DNA of 64,000 bases, from positions 327,588-391,587 of the forward strand of contig NMRA01000271.1 of assembly GCA_002633005.1 (NCBI GenBank), given 5' to 3'. How positions within the stretch are numbered: position 1 is the stretch's first letter; each line of letters starts with the position of its first letter. Made by a program: the position numbers and the translations under genes. This DNA is from Phoronis australis (taxonomy: Eukaryota; Animalia; Phoronida). Under the pieces are notes generated by a model. That model was not told where the DNA came from and did not search any database. It worked only from the letters and a program-made list of their open reading frames with translations. Of this stretch, positions 1 through 13,100 are shown piece after piece.

Positions 1-1501
1 TAAAAGCTTATTAAACTCAACAAACACGTGACCAGTTTGAAAGTAATTGGTTTGCAAATGCGCCCTCTACAGGAGAAAACGTTTTTTGGCCATATTTCGG
101 GGTGCGCATGCGCCACATCCAATATTTCCGCCATCTTTGACCGGAAGTCAACGATTTTCTGCACAGTTGTAGCACATGCGTTCTAGTATAATCGTACCGA
201 TTTTCAGCCATGTACGTCGAAAAATGCGGCCTCTACGAGTATTTGATTGTGAAATTGGATACAAAATGGCCGCCACGTCCGCCATTTTATATCCGATCAT
301 GACCAAAAACAATAGCATTCCAGTACTTCCCAATCTACATGTTGTGTGCAAATTTTGTGAAAATCGGACAAAAATTGCGACCTGTAGAGAGCGAACAAAC
401 ACACACAAAAAAAAACTTGCTGTCAGACCAACATACTTGGCGGAAGAATTCCGCCAAGTAACAATTCCTCGCTGCATTTTAGAGGACAGTGCACAGCATA
501 GTTTCTGAACATTTGGTATGAATTCGATGAGTCATTACAGTTGTTCTGAAGGTCGACAAATTTTTCCAGGGTCTTGTGTAACCAATATTTGTCTGCTAAC
601 ACTTCATGGAGTGTTCTGTAATTCATCATCAAGGCCAACTATCCTGGCACCTTGTAATGAGACCTCGTGTTCCCCAAGCCGAGTAACTGTATCCAAACTT
701 ACAGTGTAAACTCACGTAAACCGGCACATCTAAGTCAGGATTATCGCTTAAGTTCTGTGGTGCGGTTCTTTTTGTTCATGCACATGGCCCTTCAGTTAAG
801 TTGGATTCTACTTACTCGGATAAAATCTCTCGACCCGTTTGGATCCGACTTATGTGAGTTGTCCACTTTGCCGTTTTACAGTAAAAATTTAATCTGTTCA
901 TGACACAATGGCGATCAAATGAAATTTCAGTTTGTCAAGTTCTCAACAAAAATAACTTTTCGAGAAAATTTATTTTTCTTTTTAACATGGTTTATATTGT
1001 GTGGCTATTAACAAAGGACATTTTGGTAAATTGTGAGCATTTGCAGTAATGTGGTAATATGGCAATTTTAGGGATTATTTATGTTCCATATTGAAGGATT
1101 TTTACCGTAGTCTAGGACAAGTGTTGTTTATTCTATGTAAAGACACTGGTTTTCCATGACAATAGAAAACATGGTCACGAAATTCATAGAAACTGACTTC
1201 TGTCGTAGAGTTAAATGTTTTGAATGGGATTTACGTATTCCAGTATCGGATACCATAGTTCCAATAGGGGGCGCTGTTCTTTTCCCAGTTTTGAGTTGTT
1301 GGTAAAATGGAGCTGTAACACTTTGATGTAATTAAACGGAATTTATTGAATTTAGGAAACTGAAAAAAGTAGATCCAGATTTTATGATCGTTGCAATAGT
1401 TCACTCTGTTTTTGAAAACGGAAAACCAATAAGGTCTCTGTGTAGTAAATTTATTCACCCAATGTAAGTATTTGTAGCAACTATTGGTCTATTCCTTGCA
1501 G

Positions 1502-1610
1502 GCCAGTAATCATTACCGACGTTGTTCCCAAATGGGGAGCGTTTCACTGGAGCAAGGCCTTCTTTTACAAGTACTACGGACAGGAAAGGGTTGTCATGGT
1601 TGCTGTTGAG
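1502..1610 (+). CDS. JmjC gene exon (PVIITDVVPKWGAFHWSKAFFYKYYGQERVVMVAVE)
   Basis: ttgcag acceptor and gtatgc donor; typical pre-JmjC PV(I/V)ITD..W motif. Confidence 0.85.
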
Positions 1611-4600
1611 GTATGCTGTGCCAGACCTTTGTTTAGCTGAGTATCATGAAGTTTTTTTTTAGAAAATCTGCAAAAGTGGGCGGAACCATGTCAAAGCTTC
1701 AAAGTTTTGACTGACAGGTAGTTGTGATGGGAATACCACACCATTGCCATGTACGCTAATTATGTAAATCCATACCCCAAAATTATTGTATTTTGCAGAT
1801 TTTCTCAAAAAAACGCCTCTCAGGTTCCGAATCTCTGCGTGTTCTTTTCTCATGGTTCCGAATCTCTGCGTGTTCTTTTCTCACGACTTTTTCAGGATTT
1901 TTCATTCAGAAAGTAAACATTTTAATTTTGGCTAGTGAATGTATCCAGGCGTTTAAAAGAATGCATGACCTCAGGGCCTGACTTGCAAAATCGGGCGTTC
2001 TCATTTTATCTTCTAAAATTTTCTGCAAGTTTCTCATGTACTTTTTCCATAATGATCTTGTGGAGTTTACCATCAGAGATGCTAGAATGACCATTCCCCC
2101 TAAATCAGCCCTTAATGTTTTCACACCGTTTTCTCACCGTTACAGAACGGTCAAATATCCAGCGGCGAAGGCTTAGCTCTGCCCCTGGCCTTGTTCTGTA
2201 AGCACGCTCACGAGGGAGCCCCGTCGATGTGGACGTATGTGCAAGATGAACTGTTCATACCTAATCGTCCTCAGCTATTAAAAGACATTGGTGACTGTGT
2301 GAGTTGTCCAATCTATTTGAGAATAGATATCGTATAATCGGTCAAGGTGTTAGATGTAAAGTGAAGATAAATTGGTCAGTAGGAAACTCACGTAATGCCA
2401 TGGCAGTATAAAATGCATTAAGTCACTAGCTTCTTGGCCTGTTTGCAGCTTATTCTCGGGTAAGAAAAAGGGGTAATGGTAACCACAGCCTGGCATGCGC
2501 GAATAGGGTAAAAGGGAGACGAATAAAATCGCTTATGGCGAGTGTCAATCTATCTAATTTCTTATTTTTGAAAGCGATATTTCTCTCAACAAGGTAACTG
2601 TTCTTAACATTAAATATTAAAAAGTCCTTCACAAATGGAAAACTTGTAGAAAACTTAGTCCTATAAATATGTTGATTAGCTAAGAGTACTGATAGTTTCA
2701 ACAAAATCTAGACATGAGAAAACCAAAAACTATTACTTTGAAAAATATGCCTCCCCCTCCTATGACAGCTGGATTTCATCAGATATGTGTGTTCCAAACA
2801 TGTTTTACAATGGGGCATTCCCAAAAAGGTGTTATAAAGACTCTGGTGCATTTTTGCAAAAAGAACATAAACCATCTTCTCGTTATAGTTTTTAGAAATT
2901 TGTAGTGTTTGTTGTCAAAATTCTTTGTTATAGTCTAAATTGCAACCACCTTAAATTTACTCCATTCTTCACATTTTAGCCGTTATGGGTGCTTTGTCCT
3001 ACGAAAAGGAATTGTCTGGGGGTAATTCATCCCTCTTCTTACGTCTAAGCTGTATAAACCAAAATAGCTGTAGACTAAGATTTATTCTGTGTTTTATTTT
3101 CGTGTAGAAATATCACAGATTAATAAGTCATTTGCCATACAAAGGGAAAAGGTTCCTCTGCCTTCTGACAGAGGAATATTTTGGGGGCGACGGGAAAATT
3201 TACCTCCCAATCACCATCAATAGCACGCCCGCCCTGTTGCAAGCCCTCATAGGCTCTTCTTCAAGTAGCCAAAAGTAACACTTTGTGCTCTTTCACAACT
3301 GTGTGAGTTACAAGTGATTGAACCTCGTGGGGAATATTTCAATAACTTAAGGGAAATTTTTGGGCATCATGAGGGGAATTTGCATGATTTTTTAATATTT
3401 TTTAGAGGGGAATGGGGCCGATATTTGGTCCCAAAATCGTTCTATGTTGAATTTATGTACTTGTCTGTTACAATTAATAAGAATTGTGTCCTAAGCAGGT
3501 GAGGTTTCACCCCAGCTATAATTGCAAAATATTCTGTTGCAGATTTACTGTGACCAGGACTATTTCAAGCTGTTCTCGGAGGAGATCCGTCCATGGCATG
3601 CCATGCTGCTCTGGGGCACACCATACTCGAGATCCTATCTACACATTGACCCGTATAACTGGACCGGCACAAATGCCGTCTTGAAAGGTCGCAAACGGTG
3701 GAAGGTATTCAGGCTGCAGTTTATAGTTATTGTTTTCACCACCAATTTGATTCTTTTGGGCTTGGAGGGGGTAACTGGTCTGCATAGTGACTTGGAATTT
3801 TGCGGATGGTTGTAAATCAGGGGTGTTGTTCACATGCAATAGCCCTTTTGAAGTTGACATGCATGGTCATTGTCTTAGTATACAACTGTCCTAGTTGCAT
3901 TGGGTAAGTAGAGACAGCTTAACGAAGGGTTTGTGGTCCTGGGTGAGAAGATAAAATTGTTTGATTACCCCCTATGAATAGTTGAATAGTTGAGCCCGGA
4001 ATGTTCTATTTTGGCTGTGCACAGGTTGATTTAACTAAAGTATGTGGACACCATATACACCATGTCAGCTGGATTGTTTTTGTATGATAAAACTGTGAAT
4101 TTCTAACACGCCACATGTTAAGGTAATTCTTTGGTAAATAACTTTTAGCTGTCCATTTTGATCCATAAATTTAAGTAACGTTTTCTTAATCCTCGACCAC
4201 AAGACTTTGTTACTCAGTATTTGACCTATATTTTTGTTAATATGCAGGAAACGGTCCCTCCTATTTTCGTTTTATCATCAAATAATTGAGATTTCAGCCT
4301 CTAAGGAATTATTTTCTTAAAACAACAATTTAATGATTCAATGTCCCTTTTGTGATTTTGATGATAGTTTTCATCAAACTACATTTTAGGTTGACATGTG
4401 ATAATATTATGCACGGTAGTCATTATCAGTCTTTTACACAGTTATTTCCACCTGGACAAGACCATCTACTATATGTACCCAGAGGTAAACTGTCAGGGTT
4501 TCCATTGGAGACGTATAAATATAACAGGTAGGTGTTTGTTGTCGCGGACGCGGCTTTTTATTTAACCACCCCGTATTTTTTTGTTTGACTCACCCTGTAG

Positions 4601-7577
4601 TTAGCCCCCTTACTGTATTCAGTGGCTATCCACAACTATTGGAGCCATTCAGGACTCTTATCAGCTCCAATCAAATATGTGTTTATAAGTTAATGCTGAA
4701 ATACATTAGGGTTTATGTACATGAATTTACGAAATTCTCACTGTCTCTTGACTAGATTCCAGCTTCTAGAAATCGAGATTTCTAGTTCAAGGTTGAATTT
4801 GTAACTGTTTTGCTGTGGTCATCAAGTGTTGTGCAGAACAAAATTAAAAAAATTAGTACTTTTTAAAGACACTTATCGCGAAAGTGACAAAAAAGTGTTG
4901 TGCTGGTATAAAAATTTTGGTGTAAAAAAGTGAATTTTCAAACCTTACATAGGGCTGCCCGGATTATTCTGGGAGCTGGTGTTTGAGATGTTAACATTGA
5001 AATCCTTCATAAAGAGACTGGAATAATGAAAATTCACACAAGACATCAATTCCTGCTTATTGTATGTATTGTACAAATGATTTAAAGGTCTTGTCCCAAC
5101 ATACTTAAGTGCCAATTTTAAGATGACTACTAATCGCTACAATACTAGGTCCTCCTCATTATCATCAAATTTCAATCTTCCTGAATGCAGAAACGAAACT
5201 GAGAAAAAATCAATTCCTACAGCGGGCCTTATTTATGGAACTCTCTCCCTGTAGATGCCAGATCTACATCATCCTTTCTAACCTTTAAAAGAATTATAAG
5301 AACTAGATTTAACTTCATGTAGTGTGTAAGAGTGCACGTGACATGCGTGACTTTGTATATTTATATGATGTCTTACTTTTATTAATTATTTATTGTCTGT
5401 TTTGACTTATTTATATTTATATTTTAGTTAATTATCTTGTCTTAATTTCTTTATCTTCTATTTATCATATTTTATTTTTTATTTTGTTTCACCAGTCTTT
5501 CCGTGTTAATTTCTTATTCTTTGCTTATTATTTGAATATTGTCTTTCATTTTGTAAATAATTCTGTTTTTGTCTTACTATGTGTCTGTTTTTACTGAGGG
5601 CCCCCATGGAAAGCAGTGTGAACTGATGGGGCTACCCTCATTGTAAATATTATGGAGTGTTTAACCTTGGAAGTATATTATTTTGAATACCAAATCTACA
5701 GTGCCATCGATTTTACTACTCTCAGAAAGTACCGTAATTGTTCCCTTATTCTGTACGAAAATATTTGCCAAATTTGTCTCGATTGTCGGAGGATGATTAC
5801 TTTGCAGAACTTAATACAAAATTTGTCGAATGTTGTTTTATGTTATCTATACAAATCGACTTAATACATAACTAAAACTAGAATTTTCTCAATTTAACAA
5901 TTTTTGTCGAGAAATTTCACAAAACAAAATTGACGAATTGGCTGTGTCTTTGAAAATCAACCTTTGAGTAATAGCTGTGACCCGTTTCTTTTCAGTCTGG
6001 TGGATTCTTTTGATCCCAATTACAAAATATACCCTTTATTCAAAAACGCCGAGTACCTGGAGGTTGACCAACTACCAGGGGAACTGATGATAATACCCAC
6101 AGGCTGGTTTCATCAGGTGAGTGACCGCCAACGGGGCAGGTGTTACTACGGCATCATGCAAATTTAATCGAACAAAATACCATTTTCCTGCCGTGGCGGC
6201 TAATTTTTTTAGCAGCAAAAATTAACGGTAATAACTATAAGGGCATCAAAATTCTAATAAGAAAATGGCTTAGTCGCTTGACTAACTCTCCTGCTATTGT
6301 TTCGTCTTCATTCTCAGTCACGAAAGACTGCTTCAACGATGAGTATGGTTTCTGCCCAGCCGTCATGGCCGGGATATTAGTCTCCGGGTACATACTTTTG
6401 GCTTGCACAGTACTCTAATCAGAAACGGGTTGTGCGTGGCTGGACAATAGACGACGCGAGTAACCAAACGAACGCCGTTTTCCCATCATGTCGACTAATT
6501 CTTGTAAACGGCAAAATGACTAGTGACGATTATGGCGGCAAAATTTGGATTACAGAATGACTTAGCGTCGTTAAATTTCCCGTTCCTTTGTCAGTAGGTT
6601 AGCCTACTCTGACAATGATTTCAGCTTCCATTCTAATGAGGTACTATTGAGAGGCTGTGTAAATTTGTTGTATTAAAACTATGCTTGCCCGTCTTTCTGG
6701 TTCTTTCCCCCATTGCCTCCAAATTTGTCCCTCGCCATCTGGTTCTTTCCCCCATTGCCTCCAAATTTGTCCCTCGCCATCAGCTCCAGATTTGCTCCTC
6801 TCTAGCAATACCAACTTTGCGCCCCGGTTGTCGCCACATTTGTCCTTCAAATCACCATTTTGTCACATACAAGTCAAATGACATAGCTTTGCCCTTCAAA
6901 TTACTATGTTGTCACATACAAGTTAAATGACACTATAGCTTTCCACCATCGATGCATCATGAGTCACTGAATGTTGTGTGACGCAGGTGACCAAATCTGT
7001 GTTTGCTAAAAGTTTACAGTAAAGCTACTGATTTCTGTTCTAAGGTGCTAAATGTGGAAGAAACGATCGCCATTTCTGGTCAGATGATGAATGACTTTAA
7101 CTACATGGCCGTTTTAGAAGAAATCTTTTTAGCGGGCAATCTGAGACGGGACTCTTTGCCATCCACGTTTGACAGTATGAGTCCAGAAGAGCAGGTAAGG
7201 AGTTGTGCGGGGTCGGAAAAGCCAACTACAACCACTACCAGATTATTGCTTTGTAAATTTAATTGAAATTGAAAACTGCGTGCACATCAATTTACCAGTT
7301 GCAATTAATCCAGTTTCGCCCAAATCGTTAGTGGATGATTTCTAATTAATTAATATGAAGACTGTTTTAAAATTTTGCAGTTTCTATATTTCTCGTCAAT
7401 AAATATTAATAAATATCAATATTTTAATCTCCATTTCAGATAAAAACAGTTTTATCACTCCTCCCCTCATCCATTTTACAAAAAGGTCAAGAGGTCAACA
7501 AAGCTGCACAAGACCAGTTGCTTCATGTTTCGGAGCCAAAGAAAAAAAATGCAAAGAAAGTCAAAAAGAAACAGTAA
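1502..7577 (+). CDS. JmjC-domain Fe(II)/2-oxoglutarate oxygenase (JMJD6/JMJD4/JMJD8-like cupin group), 5'-partial, 7 exons
   Basis: Exons 1502-1610, 2146-2298, 3543-3704, 4442-4527, 5996-6116, 7045-7194 and 7440-7577 all have AG/GT borders and consistent phases. Motifs: PVIITDVVPKW, LWGTPYSRSYLHIDP (HxD), KGRKRWKLFPP, QLPGELMIIPTGWFHQVLN (distal His). The start lies upstream of the window. Confidence 0.9.
2146..2298 (+). CDS. JmjC gene exon (NGQISSGEG...TYVQDELF...LLKDIGDC)
   Basis: tacag acceptor and gtgagt donor; 153 nt, phase 0-0, open frame. Confidence 0.8.
3543..3704 (+). CDS. JmjC gene exon with the HxD iron-binding motif
   Basis: IYCDQDYF...LHIDPYNWTGTNAVLKGRKRWK; ttgcag/gtattc borders. 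Confidence 0.92.
4442..4527 (+). CDS. JmjC gene exon (LFPPGQDHLLYVP...)
   Basis: cacag/gtaggt borders; continues the KRWK-LFPP motif. Confidence 0.88.
4945..5655 (+). mobile_element. 5'-truncated CR1-group (L2/Crack-like) LINE, 3' end
   Basis: Decayed ORF2 C-terminus (LHRAARIILG...KGLVPTYLS...RYNTRS...YSGPYLWNSLPVDAR...FLTFKR), then a T-rich 3' UTR ending in gggcccccatggaaag...gatggggctaccc. Confidence 0.75.
5996..6116 (+). CDS. JmjC gene exon with the distal His (PGELMIIPTGWFHQ)
   Basis: ttttcag/gtgagt borders; canonical PGE..IP.GW.H motif. Confidence 0.92.
6696..6781. repeat. 42-bp tandem duplication (x2)
   Basis: tctggttctttcccccattgcctccaaatttgtccctcgcca repeated exactly. Confidence 0.9.
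7045..7194 (+). CDS. JmjC gene exon (VLNVEETIAISGQ...)
   Basis: ctaag/gtaagg borders; completes the HQVLN..TIAI end of the JmjC fold. Confidence 0.88.
7440..7577 (+). CDS. JmjC gene last coding exon with a basic C-terminus (PKKKNAKKVKKKQ*)
   Basis: tttcag acceptor, open frame to TAA at 7575-7577; AATAAA at about 7762. Confidence 0.8.
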   Translation: MKTVLSLLPSSILQKGQEVNKAAQDQLLHVSEPKKKNAKKVKKKQ

Positions 7578-9911
7578 CCTGCCGATGCCATTATTTCCTC
7601 AGTTTTTCAAGTCTTGGTCCCTAATTTGTGTGGGGTATTATTACCAGTAAGAAACTGCCGTAGGTTTTGTTAGATAAAAATTTTAACAAAATATTAATTT
7701 TCATTTTTTCTTTAAACGACCTTTGAACTAAGTCCACTTCTGGTCAAAAGATCTAAGCAGTAATAAAGTATTCTTGTACGAGGTAACTGTCTCCGCTCAA
7801 AGTGTGCTGAAGCTATCTTCCGGGCTTTATTCATTGCCTAGGCAATTATACATTTTTTTAGCAATCTCACTATTTTTATTTGGACAATATTATTTGTTGT
7901 AGTTTTGTTGACAATTGGTTTATAAGGTTTTGTTCTTTCAAGTACGTCACTCAATCAAGACTTGCCCTTGTGTGTTAAGAAACTGGTGCTTAAGCAAAAA
8001 AAAGCTAGTACTTTAAACAAAGATGTGCAATTACATAACAAATGTTGTCGGTCAGTAGAAACATTTGTGAGAAAAGCCATACGTTTTTCACGAAGGCCTA
8101 AAAGCACAATGACGATGCAATAGGATGTGGTAAGCTGTTTAATCCAATTAGTCGTCCAACAGTATTGAAGACACTGTCATTAGTGACCTTGTGTGAATTA
8201 CATGTTCAAGTCATGGGAACGATTGCATGATCAGGACCTCCGACTCGAGTCGTTCACACGATTGTGTACAACCTGTTCTTTATTGTTTGAAGCTTGATTT
8301 AGAAGCTTTTAAGTGTTTTTGTTCGTTGCATAATACTCAAGTTCTGCTTTGTTTTATTTATGTTTAATCTTACCGTATTTGAGTAATTTTTTATTGATCA
8401 CCTACCGAATTATTATCTTGTGCTCTTTTATTTTCTGTTATAATTTGTTGCATTTAATTAAACTGTTTTAATAATCTGTTGGCTTATTACGTACTAGGTA
8501 CAGTGCATGGAAAAGTAGAAAATGGCTCAAAATTTGCCATCATCGCAGCTAATCACTAGTGGAATTCACCACAAGAATAACTGGAATGGCCAGCCGTGAT
8601 GAGTTAAGGTTTTATTGACGTCATGACGACAAATTTTGTCCGATTGCTTTTGGCACATACTGTAAAACAAATTTCACTCCCAGACAGTCAAATACACTGC
8701 ACGGCACTTGGTTCACTGTTGAAGGAAGAATCAATACATAATTATTTTAATTATAAAAACCCATTGATTATCCCGTGTAAATAATTTTCAGTGCACATAC
8801 AACTGATTTTGAAAGCATCCTACTTGAAAAGAAACCTTTCGCGCAAATAGTGTGTCCTGATAATGCTTCGAATTTGAAAATGGACTGGAATGAACTATAA
8901 ACGTCGTAGTAACTGTTACTGGACAGCAATTCTCTGCTTTTAATATCCACGAGACAAAAATACAAATGATCATCAGTCTTCATTTCAAACACGTCAATTA
9001 GTTCATAGCTGTAATATTTATGCCATTAGAATCCACATAATATATCATCAACAATTCCATTTTGTATACATTATTCTATCAAATACAAGTAATGACATAG
9101 ACACTATGAGAAGTATACGGGTAGCCTGGACTTACTCCTCAACAATGACTTGCGTACTGGCACGATCTTGGAGCTCCTGGTAGCCAAGACAGTCACATTA
9201 AATAAATTTAGTTACGCATAGTTCACTAAGGATAGTACTCAACTAAATTTTTGATTTGTGGCAATTTGGAATTCTTTGTATCATCTTCATTTACATACAT
9301 TTTCACGAAAACAATATACACTTCAAGTTGTCATTTTGATCCCATCTCTGTAAATTTTTTACCTTGAGCTAATGCCCAACAAAACCGAACGACAGCTGAA
9401 CCCAGGATTGCTCATAAGCTTAAACTGCAAATTGGCCAATGATCACACCACTACACAAAGAACCTTCATCAGAATGAACAATAGACCAGGCGGCCACATT
9501 GGGACACATTGAAAATTTAAGCTCAAAGCATAGCTGTGCTGACAGATACTTTTAATAGCTATTTTAAAGATAATTTACTTGTATCTTTTTACTGCAAACA
9601 GGTGAAACGAGTACAAACAAATTTTCAGAGAAAGATGACCAAGAGCAGCATATGGTGATTACAAAACTTAAAAAATGTTTATCTTAGTTCATAATTTCAA
9701 AGAGTTGGCAATGATATCTAATACAAATAAACTTCAAATATCGTCTATGTTTAAGAATTCATGAGCGCAAGTTGTACATTAAGTAAAAGTTTTAATAAAA
9801 TGGAGCTTCGTGACTGTCTTAGCTGTGGCTAGACGTATGACCTTGGATGAAACAACCATTGTATAGAAATTGCTTGAAGATCTCAACCACGCGCGGCAGT
9901 CAGACATTTTC

Positions 9912-10116
9912 TCACTTCCACACCTTGACAACTCCGTCCCTAGAACTGGTCACTATGAAGCATTGTTCAGTCTGATACATGTTGATATCAGAGATTATAT
10001 CGTGGTGCCCCTGGGGTGGGGCATCAGGGCCCCTGCGTGGAATGTCCTCCTGTCCACTTGGCTTCACCTTACTGTAGGTCTCTTGAATCACCTCAGTGCC
10101 ATCAATGACCTTTGAT
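9912..10116 (-). CDS. PIK3R4: PIK3R4 last coding exon (...[10 protein letters not shown])
   Basis: catccag acceptor; TGA at 9914-9912; canonical VPS15 C-terminus. Confidence 0.95.
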
Positions 10117-13100
10117 CTGGATGGGCAAAAAAATCATTTACTTCGCAATTCAACTTAGATTAGGTAAGATTATCTCCCTATGCAATCACAGGCATAATTT
10201 ACAAATGGAAAAATATGACATTATCTTGAAATTTTGGAAGTCAAAAGCAACGCTAAGCAACTATTTGTTCTTTAAATAACTACCCTTTCTTATACATTGT
10301 GACTGGCCAAATGACACTGAATGTATTGCAAGAGATGACTGGCTTGGAAACATTGAGAGTTGGATTCCTACTGTACAAAACCAAACCTATCAATCTTCTT
10401 TCAATAACTAATTGCTGCAAAATATAACATCTGCTCTGTATGTGTTTGCTTTCAATTGTCAGTTAATGTTATTACTCATGGAAGATGAAAAGGATAGGAA
10501 TCGTCAAAGCTTTCACGTTACAAGTCCTACTGCAAGCTTGTGCCAAAAGTTGGTAAAGTACATAAGGAAAATTGGATATGCCCACTTCTTTGCAATGAGA
10601 ATAAAATGGAAAATGAGAATCACACTTTGTATAATGCGTGGAGAATAAATTAAAACACAATATGATTTGTGAACCAATTGCTGTATAGAAGACACACAAG
10701 GCTATACTGCCCGAGCCTCCAGCCACAACACTGGAGTAATTTGTGTGAGGTGATGATATACCTATATGACGAGACAGTGGTCTGGTTTGCTGGGTCGCTC
10801 GCTGCTCCGACGACTATGTAAGAACTCTCAGGAGAGGCCAGGTCCCAGTATCTGATCCTCATATCAGAGCCTGCCGTGAGCACAAATGGAGAGCTATCAA
10901 CCAATCCCATGTACAGCCCATTTATGGAATGATTGGACGCCTACAAAGAATGTGAACACAATTACAAAACACACTTTCGAAAAATTAATGCTCTGCTCAA
11001 CAGATAAGTCTCCTGTTGCTAATTGTAGGAAACGACACTGATTTCATAGCTTGAGAACCCTATATGCATTCTTTAAAAAATTTGAGGAATTGATGTTTTC
11101 CTCTGCATGAAGACTGTGTTTTGGTATAACACATCACAACCACTTCCTTGCAAAGAACAAAACAGACTTTTTAAACTTATCTCCTCACATTCATATTTTG
11201 GCCCCTTTCACGGCACCTAGCACTTCGTCCATAGAGGGGTACAAGAACTTCAAGTGAGATCATAAATTCTCGATACCACAAACACTGTGTAATCTAAGTA
11301 GCTCCTTTTGAGCGCAACAGAGCAATTACTACATTAGTCATGACTTCACAAGAACAAACGACTGGCTGAAATAAATTGCTGCAATAGCCAAAGTTGTCAT
11401 GTTTTTCAGACGACTTTATTGCCAAAAAATTTTCAAAATTTCACTGCGTGTTTGTTGATGACAGTTGTGCAGTATAGTTTTCAAATAATACCGCAAAACC
11501 GTCTTCCTGTCTTATCGAAAAAGTTGCTAAAATAAAATTTTATTTTTCCACCATGTGTTCTAATTTGAAGAAACTTTTATTACCATTATTGGACTTGACT
11601 TTTGACAAGTATTTTCAATCCAGACACACCCACCCTAATATATTCATAGGCATTTCCATCGAGTTTTATTAACTCTTTGAAGCTTGGTAGCTAACTAGTG
11701 TGGAATTCGAGATGCGGGAGAAAACTATGAACTATGATATCTTCATTGGAAACTGTCATCATCTTGTGTTGACACTTAAATCAAAATATTTTTGTAATGA
11801 CCCATTCTATCAGGATACTTTGTCATCAATTCATCTTCAGTGTTATGAATTACAAAACAATTTCAAAGACTTTTTTATCAGATATGCTTGGGGGCTGTTT
11901 CTCAAAAAATCTAACTGTCTTTTGACTAAACATCTGTGTACGGATAGCTTAGCAAGTTTCACAAAATCAGGCAAGGGCTATAAAAATCAGAAAATCTGTC
12001 TACAACTCAAAGCAAACTAAAATAAAAAGCCAAAAGACAAAAAAATCAACTTTCTGTTACAGATTCTTCGAAAAACAGGCCATTGGTATACTCAACTCCC
12101 AGGCAGCTGGTTAGTAGAGACGACTTGAGAACAAAACATCCACGAGGTGCGCTTGCCCTGAAATGTAACTGCAAAATCCAAAATGGCGTCGGAAAAACAG
12201 TTTACTCACCTCCTTAGTGGAAAATACGGGTGCACAACTGGCCCAAAGGGTCTTCTCTCTGTGTGATGTCTCTATATCCCACATAGACACCTCGTTGTTT
12301 CCTTGTAATGAGGAGACAAACCATGAACTCTTCTCTGGATGTACAAGCAGTCGCCTCACACGAGCATCTGTCAATGAAAGTATCACACAGAGTTAATACA
12401 ACACCTTATTAAGGACCTTATGGACAACTTTGTGTCTTTAGCCAAACACCTCCTGCAGAAGTATAAATTTTCTTACAGTAGAAAGACTACAGAATTTGAT
12501 TTTTCACTTTATCAAGCTGCCAAGTTGGGTAATGTGATCTTGACTTTTTAGTAAATTTTATAAAAAAGTGTTCATTGATACAAAATCAATGGTATTAAAA
12601 CAGGATCAAATTTCCTTTAATATAAATGTTCAAGATGAAAAATCAAAAACAGCGTTACAGTTCTCTGAATTATGATTTCATTTGATTTTGTGCATTCTTT
12701 TGAGTTTTTCCAAGATAATCATAAAATCACATACTTTGACAGCACTCACGGTAACGTGGAACATTTCAAAAACAATTCCTAAGTGTACACTGCTAAAGCG
12801 TAGTACCTGAAAGTTTCATATGAAAGGAATCTTTCATTTCTGAGATACGTTTTGAAGTTGGCTAAATTTGGATATATTTTTAAAGTCCTCCATAACCTTA
12901 AACAATTCAGACAGAATATGGATTCATAAACCCATCCGTAGCAAATATTACAGAGTCAAGAGTATTCAGACATGTGCTACCTCCCCTTATTTCAAAACCT
13001 GGATTATAATCTTCTGATATTTGCAAAATCAAAATAAAACTAGCTAAAAATACGCTGTGTCCCAGCATAATAATAATAATGAATCTGACATGTACAATTA

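Noticed and set aside
1-1200. Overlapping short ORFs and a CpG-richer tract as a promoter or gene
   Set aside because: There are no recognisable domains; 950-1110 resembles 57670-57850, pointing to a dispersed repeat inside a JmjC intron.
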